Positions 1-13,125 of a stretch of 64,000 nucleotides of DNA are shown here, one piece after another. The translations under genes and the position numbers were made by a program. The stretch comes from Rhizodiscina lignyota (Eukaryota). Every line of letters begins with the position of its first letter. Position 1 is the stretch's first letter. The stretch is taken from assembly GCA_010015805.1 (NCBI GenBank), contig ML978123.1, positions 2,356,001 to 2,420,000 on the forward strand, given 5' to 3'. The notes beneath the pieces are model-generated. The model was not told where the DNA came from and ran no database searches. It saw nothing but the letters and a program-made list of their open reading frames with translations.

Positions 1-1388
1 TGGGTGGATGCTCCGTAATTTATTAGTCTTAATACGTCAGCGATGGGAATTGGACGACATCCAGGTGCTCTGTTACAGAGACACCCACCTCAAACGGGAC
101 CAAGCCAATAGCATCATCCTCCATTTGCAGTCAGCAGAAGCTGCACCTACGGAAGAGATGCCCAAGATCACAGGCTGGGAAAGGAATGAGAGCGGAAAGC
201 TGACCAGTCGGATGGTGGACCTGTCAGAGTATATGGATCCTATGCGCCTCGCAGATCAAGCCGTCGACCTCAATCTTAAGCTCATCAAATGGCGAATAGC
301 CCCGAGCATCGATCTAGAAGTTATCAAAGACACCAAATGTCTCCTCCTCGGCGCAGGGACTCTCGGAAGTTATGTATCCAGGAATCTCATGGGGTGGGGC
401 GTGAGAAAGATAACCTTCGTTGACAACGCAAGGGTATCCTTTTCAAATCCTGTTCGTCAGCCGCTATTCGATTTCAAGGATTGCCTCGAGGGCGGTGCCA
501 AAAAGGCGCAAAGAGCGGCCGATATGCTTGCTGAGATATACCCTGGCGTCGAGGCAGAAGGACATGTCATGTCGGTTCCAATGGCTGGCCATCCGATCAC
601 GGACGAGGAGAGAGTGAAAAGCGAGTTTGAGCTGCTAAAGAAGTTAATTGATGAACATGATACTATCTTCTTGCTCATGGACACAAGAGAGAGCCGATGG
701 CTCCCCACCGTCATGGGTAAAGCGGCAGGCAAGATTGTTCTAAATGCAGCATTGGGATTTGATACATTCGTTGTCATGAGACATGGCCTGAAGTCAAGAG
801 GGCCCGAGGAAGAAGAGATGGGCTGCTATTTCTGCAATGACGTTGTTGCGCCAGCCGATGTAAGTCAATGCTCTTGTAACCAGTGAACCAACGCTGATAC
901 GTGTGCAGTCACTCAAAGATGCAACACTCGATCAACAATGTACAGTAACACGGCCAGGAATCGCACCCATAGCTTCTGCTCTGCTTGTCGAAATGCTTGT
1001 CAGCATCCTACAGCATCCCCTCCGCGCACATGCACCAGCAACTTCTGGCTCTAATGAGTCGGCAGCATTTGCAATGTCTGACCCGGAGTCTAGTGAATTC
1101 AAGCATCCACTGGGAGCAGTGCCTCATCAAATACGGGGATTCTTGTCATCGTTCTCAAACTTGTCAATAAACGGCAAACCGTACGACTGTTGCAGTGCCT
1201 GCAGTGAGACAATCATTCGAAGATATAATGAGGATGGTTGGGACTTTGTTAAGAGAGCGCTGAACGAGAGAGGATGGGTTGAAGAAATCTCAGGGCTTGC
1301 AGAAGTACAACGAAAAGCTGAAGAAGCAAACGACGACTTGGACTGGGATGAGGAGGAGGCAGAAGAAGGCGAAGGAGAGCTGATATGA
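1..1388 (+). CDS. ATG7: Autophagy E1-like enzyme Atg7, 5'-truncated by the window; intron 860-908
   Basis: ThiF/adenylation motif [31 protein letters not shown] and catalytic region [19 protein letters not shown]...GCTGAT...GCAG intron joins VVAPAD|SLKD in frame. Confidence 0.97.
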
Positions 1389-2276
1389 GAAGTATTTGTT
1401 AAACGATAGTCGATGTATTTTGGGCTGTCTGTCCTTATGGTATGTTAGGGAATCGAGTAACGTAAGGGAACTTGATGTGGCTTCGGTAGGGCAGAAAGTG
1501 GCATGCAAGTTATCACCTATTATGGATATTTTGGTGTAAATATGGGGGAAAGGGCATCGATATGAGCATTCGTAGAAACAATACCATACCCCTGAACTCT
1601 GCATACGTGCGGGACGGTCCGTGGACTGACTGGGATGATTTACGAGTTGCTCTCTCGAGATTTCCATGCAGGGAAGCCATACTTAAGATCGGGCATTAAG
1701 GAGATCTTCGATGCAGACACCTCCGGGTATAGAGGTGGTGTGGGTCAGGTTTGTCTGACAAAGTGGCAGTGTGCTCGATGCTGCGTCCTGCAGACGGGTC
1801 ATCCGTGAGTGAGAGGGTCATGCATATGCCCGCTGATGGAGATTCCTGCATTTCTGACATGCATTTAAATCAAAATCTCCGAGGTGTGTAGAGGCAAGTG
1901 CCATGTACCGATGGGTGAAGAGGTTGTGATATTTCGATGTTGCGGAGATGCTTCCTGATCCCCTGCAAGGGGCTCCACTCCACCTCAGCCTTACCAACGT
2001 CATGCAAGCTCCCACCATGAAAAGAGTACCTGCTGGACCTCCCACCTGCCATACGATCAACTATTCAAGCCCGGTTTCTTCGTTTCTCACTGTCTGGTTG
2101 CAGCGCATATCATTCTCTCCAGCTACTTTACGACAGTCAAATTGGCACGATCACAAGCTTTTCTGAGTTTCCTAAAGCGATACATTCCCGGTTTTCCACC
2201 GTCTAAAGATCAGCTTAGCAAGTCAGCACCAGCCTGGTTTGACAGAAGTGACGCCGGCTCAGGCCGGCGAGACGGG

Positions 2277-5200
2277 ATGACCTCCACTCCAGATCCGAAA
2301 AGCGCGACCACCTTGTCCAGTCTCTCTGGCATAACTGGATTCTCCCCATGGAGCTCTCGAAGTGCCACGCCTAGACCAGGACAAGCTGCAGATAATGAGG
2401 CCGATATCACAGAAGCGGGCTTAGGCACACAGAGGGGAGGAGATCATGCCGTGTCTAATCGTCACAGGCTGAGTTTGAAAGACTACCCAAGGGACTGTCC
2501 GAGGTTGAATGTTCAGTGGTTTTATGCGGTCGATGTATGACTCTTATCTATTGATGCTGAGTTATTTAGTGCTGATAATGACATTGTGCACAGTCGCCGA
2601 AAAGAAAACCACACCTGTATCCCTCTGGTAGCGAACCTGCCAACGCCCCTCCTCCACCTCCGCCAAAGAAATACGTACCATTTTCAGGTCGAGACTCGCG
2701 AACCATCGAAGCGGCATTCCAGAAGCTGGCAGAGGAAGAAGAGGCGGCTGAACAGAAGCAGCTCGCTCAAGAGAATAGGACAATACACCCCAATACAAGT
2801 TTGAAGGGCAAGGTTAAAGTGCCCGTTAATGAAGATTATCTTTTCGATGTCGACGTAGAGAACCGTGAGCTCGGCCCTGCGTATTGGCTCGGTCCGGTCT
2901 ACGATGTTAGAAGGGGCACGTGGTTCTATTCAGGTATGCTTTTGGTTTCAAGTCTCGAGGGGGTCGACGCTGACCATCGATTAGGTTCCGCTGGCCCAAA
3001 CCCATGCGATGAAAATCTTGCAACTCAGCTAGAAGAGGGATATCTCAAAATTCGCCCATGGACGTTTCCGCTGGAAGAACAAGTCCGATCCCGGTCTGCA
3101 TCTCAGACCAGATCACGACCCACTTCCCTGAGGGTTGAAGGTGATCCTAAATCCGCACTTACATCTTCAGCAGGAGTCACGCCAAAGGCCTCTTCAGACA
3201 ATTTAAAAGCTTCAGATGCTCTGCCTCGGCAATCAGAAGACAACGTGAACTCTCAAGCTCAACAGAAGACGTTCAGGTTATTCGGAGCTCATATGGGTTC
3301 AATGGTCACATATCAAGATGCATCTACGGCGTGGCTACTAACGGACGATTTCCTCTCGAGAATGAACAGTGCCATGTACGAAAGATTCGCTGGAGGCGGC
3401 CATTTCGCTGGGGTAAAGATTACGAGAGGATACGTCGCTTCAAAAAAGGCTGTGGTTAAGGATGGGAAGTCTCCAGATGCCAATAAAGACAGTACTTCTG
3501 ACAACCAGGGCGGAGAGCGTTCACAGCAGGACACCAAACCTAAAGACGATTCTGATGCGATTGCTTCTGCTGCGGAGAAGAGGCGTTTACGGTTGGAGCG
3601 ACAGCTGTCTTCACTAATGGAGTCCGCCGTTCCCGAGGATCGCGAGAAACAGGAGGAGGAGGCACGCAAACGGAATGAGCAAGAGATGGAGGATGACTAT
3701 CGAGACGACGACGAGAATCAGCAGGTCAGAGAGATCGAGCACCTGATTCTTGTCACCCATGGGATTGGCCAGCGTCTTGGACTGCGAATCGAGAGCGTAA
3801 ATTTTGTTCACGACGTCAACACGATGAGGAGAACGTTCAAGGACACATACCAGGAGTCCCCGGATCTTCAGGCGCTCAATGGCGACATCGATAAGGATTT
3901 CAAGAATAGCCGCATTCAGGTCCTTCCTGTGTGCTGGCGCCATCTTCTTGATTTTCCAAAACAAAGCTTGAGGCACAACCGGGAGGAGCACGATTTAGGT
4001 GTGTTGATATGTTGCTTGAATCCACACTATACGCTAATGTATCCTCAGGTGATGCGGATTTCGGAGAGGAGGATGAGGATTATCCATCATTGGAAGATAT
4101 CAACGTGGAAGGTGTTCCAGCCGTTCGTAATCTGATTACCGACCTGGCTCTTGACATTCTCCTATATCAGTCGCCTGCGTACAAGAACCACATATCACGC
4201 ATTGTACTCGAAGAGTGCAACCGTGTCTACGCGCTCTTTAAGGAAAGGAATCCGTCTTTTAATGGTAAGGTCAGCTTCGTAGGACATTCGCTAGGTTCTG
4301 CGATCATGTTCGATATCCTCTGCAAACAGCCAACCGCAAGTTCGAGGCCGAGTGCCGCGAAATCTCGCCGCAGTCACAAGCTAGAACCCAGAAATCTCAA
4401 GCTTGACTTCCCAGTCGAAGACTTCTACGCCTTAGGCTCTCCAATCGGTCTCTTCCAAATGCTCAAAGGTCGCACAATTGCCGGCCGTAACTTTATGGAT
4501 GCGCCAATTACTGCCGAGACGCCTGACGATGAAGGAGACCTGGCTGGCGACCCCTTCCTTGCGCTTGGAAACCCTTCAAACAAGAACAAATCGACGTTAT
4601 TCGATATCACGACCTCGTCACCTGCTTGTACTCATATCTACAACATCTTCCATCCCACGGATCCCATCGCATATCGCCTAGAGCCACTCATCTCGCCAGC
4701 GATGGCCCAGTTGAAAGCGCAGCCGCTGCCCTATACCAAGAAGGGTCTCTTCGGTGCACCTGGACAGGGTATCCAAGGCATCGGTGTTCACATCGGCCAA
4801 AGCGTGAGCGGCTTATGGAGCAGCCTTTCTTCCGGCATTGCAAGCAGCCTGCTGAATAGAAGTCTCGGCCTCTCGAACGACCAAGCAGGCCAGCTTGGGA
4901 ATCCTGTGACGCAAGGCCAGACCACCAGTCCCGAGACGCAGGATCCTGGGCTTCTGAATGATGCGCGCAAGAGAATGCTGGCGCAAGATCATATTACCAC
5001 CGGAGAGGATGGGAAGCATCCGCCGACGTTGATCGACGCAGAGATAGAGACGTTGTATTCTGGATTTCAGCGACAGGTGACTGTCAGTGGGGAAGACGAG
5101 GACGGGGACGAGTTGGAGAAAGCAAAGACGACAGAAGAGCAGGCGAGGAGGCTGAAGAGGGAGGAGCAGAAAGTCAGGGCGTTGAACTCGAACGGAAGGG

Positions 5201-5411
5201 TGGATTACAGCATTCAAGAGTGAGTGACAATATCAGCAGCGCCATTTTTGAATCGATTGATGCTAATCATGTGGACAGGGGTGCTTTTGACATTTCACTT
5301 CTTGCGAGCATTGCCAGCCATGTGTCGTACTGGGCTGACGAGGATGTGTCTCATTTCATGGTGTCGCAGCTACTGGCTAGGCATCGGGTCTTGAAAAGGC
5401 CAGGTCGATGA
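2277..5411 (+). CDS. DDHD-domain intracellular phospholipase A1 (Ddl1/YOR022C-like); introns 2535-2593, 2934-2984, 3999-4048, 5220-5278; start may lie upstream (see findings)
   Basis: WFYAVD|SPKRKP, VRRGTWF, LVTHGIGQ, lipase motif GHSLGS, YNIFHPTDPIAYRLEP, GRVDYSIQE|GAFD and SHVSYW. All four introns have GT/AG ends and splice in frame. Confidence 0.93.
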
Positions 5412-8400
5412 TTTTGACCATATTCAGGAGTAGCGATGAATTGTGGTTTAGGACATACAAATCTCCATTTGCATAGCGCTGGTGTACGCGCGGAGGCGAG
5501 CAAATAGACCGACAAGATACCATTAAACGTAAATCAATATTAGGGGACCTGAAAAATAGCCTTCCGAAGGTAGTGATATAAAATCATATACTCTGCTCTT
5601 GTCAGCTTCACGTCCAGTCCTTTGCCATTGTCTTTCAGTATCCAGCAATAGGAGACCACACTCCCTGAGATGCCTAGATATGATTTGCTGTAGTTAAATA
5701 GAGAGAGGCCCAGCCAACAGCTTCTTTCGTAGTAGTCAGAATCTTCCGCCACTTCAAGACGACCCCGGCCACAGAGCTCCTACTTGCTCACAACGATTTG
5801 TAACCCCTCTTCCAGCCGGAACATGTTTTCAAATACAGCACAAGAGCAGATGTTACGGCCGCACTTTGCGGGTAATATGGATCGGACCGTCGGCATGTGA
5901 AGCATATCATTCAAACGTCCGAAGAATTCTCCGCGGGACAGTATTCCGAGAAACCCTTGTTGAAAGTGCCACGTTCCTCTGTTGGAATTAATTATAAACA
6001 GTCATCCTGTACCAGGGATATGGGGCGGAGATGTCGTGCTGGACTCGACGCATGGAATAATAGGCGAGGTTGAAGTCTTACGTCAGGGAAAGGCGTTATC
6101 ATGAAGACATATAGCAGCCATCTTACACGCGAAACAAAGACATTTTGATTCTGGAATGTGACCTAGTGACCGGAGAAGAGGAGAGAGGAAAGAGGTCTGC
6201 GAGAAGCGGGCAGCTGGCGCCAAATATATGAACTTGCCTTGTCCTTAAATGCGACCCCAATCACACGCGTACATTAGCAGGCGCGGTCAAGCATTCGCTA
6301 CATGAATCGCCACATGGAACGGACACTGGTTTAGAGCGTGCCTATACATACAGCAGGCTGGCTAAGGAATTATAGCGATTTAAGAACGATCTGAGTGAGG
6401 GAAAGCTGCATTGCAGGACGCGCACTTGCCACCGTCTCCCGCCTGCGCAGCTGCTCAGCATCGAGCATGAGTGCAGAAGGCGGCCGGCACATCATTACAT
6501 GACGCACGACATACTTGCAGTGGACGTTGCGTTCGCAGGCCCCCAAGCTATGCTATGTACGTGAGCCTAAGCAACTCACCCCGGTTCAATGTACGAGCGG
6601 TTGATTTACGAGGCATGGCAGAATCTGGTGAGCGGCGGGTGTGAGTGGGCCGGAAACGGGCCTTTGTCGCGACAGCAAGGCCCTGGAAATGCGGCAGAAG
6701 CTGAAAGAAGGGCAGCTTTCGCTGCGCGGGGGATCAGGGAAGAATGGAACGTGGAAGAGGAGAGCCATGGGCGGAGGGTGAGGGTCGTTCTAGGAAGGCA
6801 TCTTTTCGGAGCCGGATTGCCGGATGAGGCAACGGAAGTCGATGGCATTTTTCTTCTCGAGCCATTTTTCTGCCCTTGGCATGGAATCGAGCTGCCGGAT
6901 CATCGCACTACTTTCCGCCAGCCATTGTGCTCGCGAGAAGTTGCAGCGGCCGTGCAAAGAGGGCCTGGAGGGCCGATCGAGAAAGCGGGGCGGGCACGAT
7001 GTTCACATGGTTTTCAAGCCCTCGTTGGACAGAGGCGAATTACTGGAATTAGATTAAGATTGTAGCGACGATTACGTGTCTGTGAGCAATAGGCGCCTTC
7101 GGACCACAGGCCGCGATTACTGGCAACGTGTGGGGGAGGAAGAGACGAAGCTTCTGCGCAAAGGGCAAGAGCGCAAAATGGCGGTGAGAGAGAGGCTAGG
7201 CAAAGGTCGACGCCGGCCATCTGGATCCGTTGATTGAAGGCCGCCCCATCCAGAGGGAAGGGAGCACGGAATCGGCATCGTTGAAGGCGCTGTTCAAGGA
7301 TGATTCCTGGTCGTCAAAGGCGATTTCGACAGAGGCCAGAGAGAGGACGTTGAAGATGTCTGCCGGTCGCACGAAGCTGGCGGGGAACTCCACCATGGCC
7401 AGAACCGGACAATCTGGAGTTCGTGATCCAATGAGCCTCCGGCCTCGCCCTGCAAGGGCTGGAGGGTGGAGCGGCGGGCTGAGTCGGTGGCTGGACCCGA
7501 TAACGGTGTTCGGCTTCACCTTGACGTGTCGGGATTTGATTGGCAGTGCGGTGGCTTTCTTGATCGAGGGATCAAATTGCTGGTTGAGGTGATTCGGTGC
7601 CTAACGTTCTCGTGCCATGGCGACACATTTCACCCTTCATTTCGTGGCTCTCTCCTCATTTCCAAGCAGCCGTCTGTGCCCACGCGAGCAGCTTTGGCAG
7701 TGGTTGAAACTGGTGCAAGAGCATTGATGAAGGCGGGGCAGAGACTGAGTGTCTGGTCTAGCATGGGGTGGCGCATCGATCACACGCATTACATGCACCC
7801 ACGGGAAGCCGCATGCTCCGCTTGAAACCTAGCGAATTGGCCGGCCGCTCCGTCTCGCCATCCCAGAGACTGCAGGAACAATGGGCCCGGCGGGAGAAGC
7901 TTTGACGCTGCTCTGCTTGATGAGAGATGCAAGATCACTCTCCAGCGCTTCTCTGCGCTCGTGACCTGTACGTTGGCGTTGTAGAGTCGAGGCCGAGTTG
8001 TACGTATAGGACAAAACCAAACCAAGCGAATGCCGGTTTCAGTTCATAATACTCGCCCAATAAGCTTCAAGCTCGCTTGCTGTTCCTAGCGTACCAAACT
8101 CAAGTCGACTTGATGGTGAGGGGTGACAGGTACAGGCATCTCAGAATATTCTTAGAGCTCGATGATCGGCTGATATCTATCCGGATATCAACTAAAACTC
8201 AATGTATACGGCACGGTGTGTGTTCATGGTCAAATGTCAATGGACAAAAAGTAATATTGCACTAGATACGGCGGTGGGGCATAGTCTGTTTGTTAATAAT
8301 CGCGTTTGATGTGGCGTTTTTGCTAGACTTGCTGCGCCCGAAATGTAGCAGAATGGCACCACAGAGGAATTCAGAGCAGGCAGTTTCAAACGAGACATCG

Positions 8401-11400
8401 TGGCATGACAGAGACACAGCTGAAATGAAGAAAGTAGTAGACGAGCTACGAAGCAGTGGAACGGTGCCTGCGTGACAGCATTGAGAGCGATAGTGGAGAG
8501 CACATCACGGAGCTTTGCTAGGGACGAGCAAGTCGATGTCTAGAAAGAAGACGAAGCTTGAGACGAGAGAGCACTGATGGACCGACGTTTCGAAATTCTT
8601 TGTGCGGCCCCAGAAGAGATTTGGACGATCGTCGCAGTTTCAAAACCCAAATATTCCGAGCAGCATGCAGAAGTGCGTCTCGGCCCAGTGCTGCGCTGCG
8701 CTGCGCTCTGCACTGCACGTTTATCCACGCGTTTCGTGCGACCTGCCCTTGCAGTTGCGCTACGGAAGATCGCTGACCAGAGTGGTGAGACAGCTGGTTA
8801 CGCTTCCGCATTCAGCGCGGCGCCACGGTTGGACAAGAAAATTGTAAATGCTGAAATGCTGTCAATGAACGGGTGTGTGCGACGTCTTGGGGCACTCGCA
8901 GCCCGTGACACGCATTTGCACATCGCGGATCGCACGATACGCAGGTGGCTGGCGGCCGCCGCCTCGCCTGCCTGAGACGAGTAATTTGGCTTCAAGCTTG
9001 ACGGTGCTCTCGCCGCACGTCCGTCCAGTAAGCACGATGGCGCGCGGCTAAAGGGCGTTTTGACGGGATGGCTGGGCTGGTGCTGCTGCTGGCGCAGGTC
9101 GCGACGAGACGAACGCTTTTCTCCTCCATCGTTCGCACCAGACGCACGACGAGCGGTCCAACGAACGATGCTGGCCATTCTATCGCTTGGCGAACGAGTG
9201 GAGCGTCATCGGTAGCAGGACTGCCGGAGATCAGGGTGGCAGAGCCTAAGACGCACAGTACAGTCCAGCACAGGCAAACGGCATTTTAACGTCGAGCAAC
9301 GTCGAACACAGCCTGGCTCGAAGTCAAGTGATGCCGGCGATTGCGTGTGAGGGCAATGGTGGATAGCCCTCCACATTATCCAATGGCCACTGGTCGCTGG
9401 TGTAACGACTGCTCGCATTTCTCAACAGCCAAGCGCCTTCGTGCCAGCGCTCCGGATCCCTCGAGCGCCTCTAGTCCCGCCAACGCACACCGCCACCTGG
9501 GATAGCATCACCCGCGAACGAGTTGATCAATCTCGCGCTCACGTTTTTGCCAACCACAGCGACGGGGCTCCATCCTCGCTCGTGTCTGTTCATCTCGCCC
9601 TCCACGTCGTACCAGCCACCCTCGCCAGCCTTTTCCGTGTCAGGCCGGATGAAGAAAGTACTTTTCGAAGGAAGCAACTGGTTGAGCGACGTCGGCCCAT
9701 GCTAAACGTCCTAGCAAGCCAATCTTGCCTTGCGAGCCAACCACATCCGAGCGCGACAAGTGCAAACCCTGCCTTCCGTCCGTCAATCTTTCTGCTCGGG
9801 GCAGTCGATGTGCAAGGCTGCCCTCGCCTTCTCGTCAAGCTCTCGCCGGAACACCCAGCCCATGTGCTCTCTTTGGCGCCCTCATGCCCCTCCATCGCCA
9901 GCGATAGGCGATGTTGCCGCCGCTGGCTCCATCGCCGCAGGGTCGCACGGCGGGTAATGCTCTATAATCTTGCTTTCCAACTTCAATTGGGCGTTTTTGG
10001 TGCGTAATCGGTCCCGCTCGCCCAACACGGCGACACGATCGAGCTGGAAGGGAAAGAACCAGAGGTTCCTTCGGACTGCTCGTCTGGGCCGACGATCTCC
10101 AGCTCGCCGGCTCTTCTCTGTCGGAAAGGCTGTGACCCACCTTCGAACTAACCGCACCATTTGGATGCGGAGAAAAATCCCACTCACTGTGCCCTGTCCC
10201 CGCTCAGGGTTTGACAAAATAGGTGTGCGCAAGGAAACCAGTATGCCGTTTTGGAGCATACCAGTCTTACGCTTCAACATGAGCGAGGAGGCCACTTCTG
10301 AAAGGCATTGACACATACTTGGGGCCGCGTTTGACAGGATTAGCCAGCCATGACATTCATATTCTTCGATGCCCGGAGGAGATATTCATCCTAGCACTTT
10401 GAGATCTCGAAGATATGGCGCAACTTTTTCGTGATGATTAACCCCCGTTTAGGTAAGGGCGGTGCATGTACGAGAAACGTTTTCCCTGCGAGCCAGAGCG
10501 TCGATCAAGCTCTAGCACGTCGTTCCACCATTCTTCCACCGGCGAGTGCGAATGGCCGATGGAAGGAAAAAATAAGTCATTGTCATCGTCTGCTGACTGT
10601 CGTGGCCGTAGTAGAAAGCCACTCATCCAGCCGTTCGAGGCGTGCTTTTCCCAATGCATCCGCGTAGTGCGCAACGCCGTTCTCTATCGCCGGGGAAGAA
10701 TGGCGCTTCTCCCGGAATCCTGAGCGAGCAGTGAGTGTAAAATTTCAAGGAAAAGGCGAGGGCCCTCGGGGTCCCCTGGAGCAGATTGATGAACGATTGA
10801 TTGAGAGCTTCCTGGCCGGGCGTGTCATGGACGAGCATTCAAGAGGCTCTTGCGCTCAGCTTCGCTCTGTGGCAGACCCCAAGTCATCAAGCATCTTCCA
10901 TGTCTCATGCTTGCCCTGCTGCTCCATCCCGGAGCACCAATCATCGCCACCTCCAAGGACACCAACTCATCCAGATCCCTGCGCTCGCAGCCCGATTAGC
11001 CTGCGATTGAGAGCCGAAGCCGCACTGTTCGTTCAATGCCCACACAGAAAACTCGCCGGCCTGGTCTGCTTCCCGCCTTGCAGCAGGCCATTCAAATGTT
11101 GCTGAATGTCCAGCACCAGCGCTCCGGCCCGGCCATGAGCATCCCATCCACTTTCTGATACTGCTTGCTCTGTGGTGCATCGCCATTGCTGCAGCCCAGC
11201 GCCTGCCTCCCCAAACGCTCCAGATCCAGTTCCTGCGCGCGAGCGACAGTCGAAAGGCCTCACGACTTGCCTCTGAGCCGTCAGACCGCACGCGGGCCCG
11301 AGCGTGTGTGCATTCTGCGCTGTCGGTCAACCGCCAGTCAAGAGCAGCGTGTTAGCTGCTTCACCCTGCCTGCCTCCGCTGCACAGAAGTGTTTGGATGC

Positions 11401-12017
11401 AAGCCGTCGAACTCCCACAGACGCATTGAAGAAGCACCGGCAAGCTCCTGCTTTTTGGCCAGCGACAGCGTGCGTACCTTACACCCGGAGCGCGTCGAAA
11501 TCGCCATCTGCCATCTCTCGGGGCGTCAGGAATCGCGAGCAGGCGCAGCGCTGAAGTCACTCGCTCAAGTCCCGGCTGTATGTGTCTTCTCTTTCCCCCA
11601 CCACCACTCGCTAGCAGCAGCCCCCTCCAAGCTCCGTTGCCCGTCCCGTGCTTCCACGCCTTCCACGCTGTCCCGCTATCTGTTGGCGTGGTTTGTTCGT
11701 GAAGCGCCAACCGGCAGCTGGCACTAAGCTTCTTTCCCAACCTCCTCCGCCTCTACACATCTTCGGCCCTCCACCTCCCATCTCTTTTTCTCCTCCACTG
11801 TTGTGCCTCGCGCCAACTTCTCCTTTGTGCAGCATAGCAGAACCACTTCTCCAGAGACGAATGTTTGTCCCCATTGGCGATTGCCGCCCCAATGTGCCTG
11901 CGTTTGCGCTGCGAAGATTTTGCTGACAAGCTGCCGTGCTGCAGGCGAGTGTCTTGGGACGCAGCGAAGCACCATCTCCTGCAGGACCCTGACGAGCGAC
12001 GCGCGACGACTTTCATG

Positions 12018-13125
12018 ACCAGAAACGAGCATATAGAGTATTAGCGGCTATCTATCACATATTTGCCGGCCTCAAAAGCGAGTGCGCCTCAGCAGCCTCA
12101 GTTCGCCGTCACCCAGCCTTATCCCAAGGAAGCGCGACCCGACTGTGCCTTCCTGAACACAAACGGGGACGACGACACCACTCCCCACGACATTTTCTTA
12201 CGACCCGACACGATTGACGCCCTAATTTCTTGCTCATCTTTCAGCATTGCAGCGTTCCTGTCTTCTGGCGAGATTCCGAATTGAGTGCCGCGCCGCATTC
12301 TTCTGCCATCAACCCACACCACACGAGAATTCCTCGGCTCCGTGCTACCTCGAGCTCTCCGTACCACGAGCTGCGCCGACATCACTGACACGCCTCACGA
12401 ATCACGCTTTCAAGCCTCGTCTTTGAACTCTAACATCCCAGCTCAAGGCAATCGAGCGTGTTTGCACTGACACTCAAACTCGACGTGCGGAACACCTAGC
12501 AAACAATTGCCAAGCCCATAGCTCGACAGCGCATCACCAACTCCGCGCTAAACCGACCCTATCTCGATTTCTTTTCACCGACATCGGCAAAATCCAGAAA
12601 ACTCGAGCTGGACTCCCGCCCTACTCCTGCCGAGCTCAATCGTCCTGAAATAGACTGTTTGACTCGAGACTTCGCTGCTCTCAAGCCGTGAAGCCTTGAA
12701 TCTCACTCTGCTGTCGCACTCGGACGTCTGGTCCGTGATCAAGCAATACCGTAAAGCTGGAGCTCCCGTCGATTTCTCAGGTCCACCAACGAGGCGCCGA
12801 CCAAGCGTACTACAATCATTACGCCCCTCGTCCAGCTGTATCGAGTGAGCGACTACCAGCTCTTCCTCAGATACAGACTCAAGCGGGGTCGTCATCGGCT
12901 TCGTCGTCGCCTCGGGGTGGATCATACAGCGGCTCCTCCGTTCTGAACGGAAGCGTATCTTCGAACACGTCCTACACCAACTCTGTTACTGGGCCACACG
13001 CAGCAGCCTTTAAAACACCCTCTCCCGAGCAAACACCGAGAGATAACGGCATTCCAGAGCAAGAATCGCCTTACGGTCAACAACAGATTTCAGGTTACGC
13101 ATACGGCCACGAGTCATACCCAAGC
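12018..13125 (+). promoter_or_regulatory. AUG-free 5' leader of stuA containing an in-frame open extension (12739-13125)
   Basis: No ATG on the + strand between the ATG at 12015 and the ATG at 13126. The stuA frame is open from the TGA at 12736-12738. Confidence 0.75.

Noticed and set aside
6120..11540. StuA-response-element-like WCGCGWNM sites upstream of stuA (e.g. 6127, 6265, 6668, 6932, 11533)
   Set aside because: They are scattered, and their number is about what chance gives in GC-rich sequence of this length; no clustering.
6589..12032. Many 60-190 aa ORFs on both strands upstream of stuA
   Set aside because: No domains or codon bias, Arg/Ser/Pro/Cys-rich noise composition, and mutually overlapping; typical of GC-rich non-coding DNA. 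The exception is the 7196-7618 frame reported above.
12575..12925. 116-aa minus-strand ORF
   Set aside because: No domain, and largely antisense to the stuA leader and N-terminal extension.
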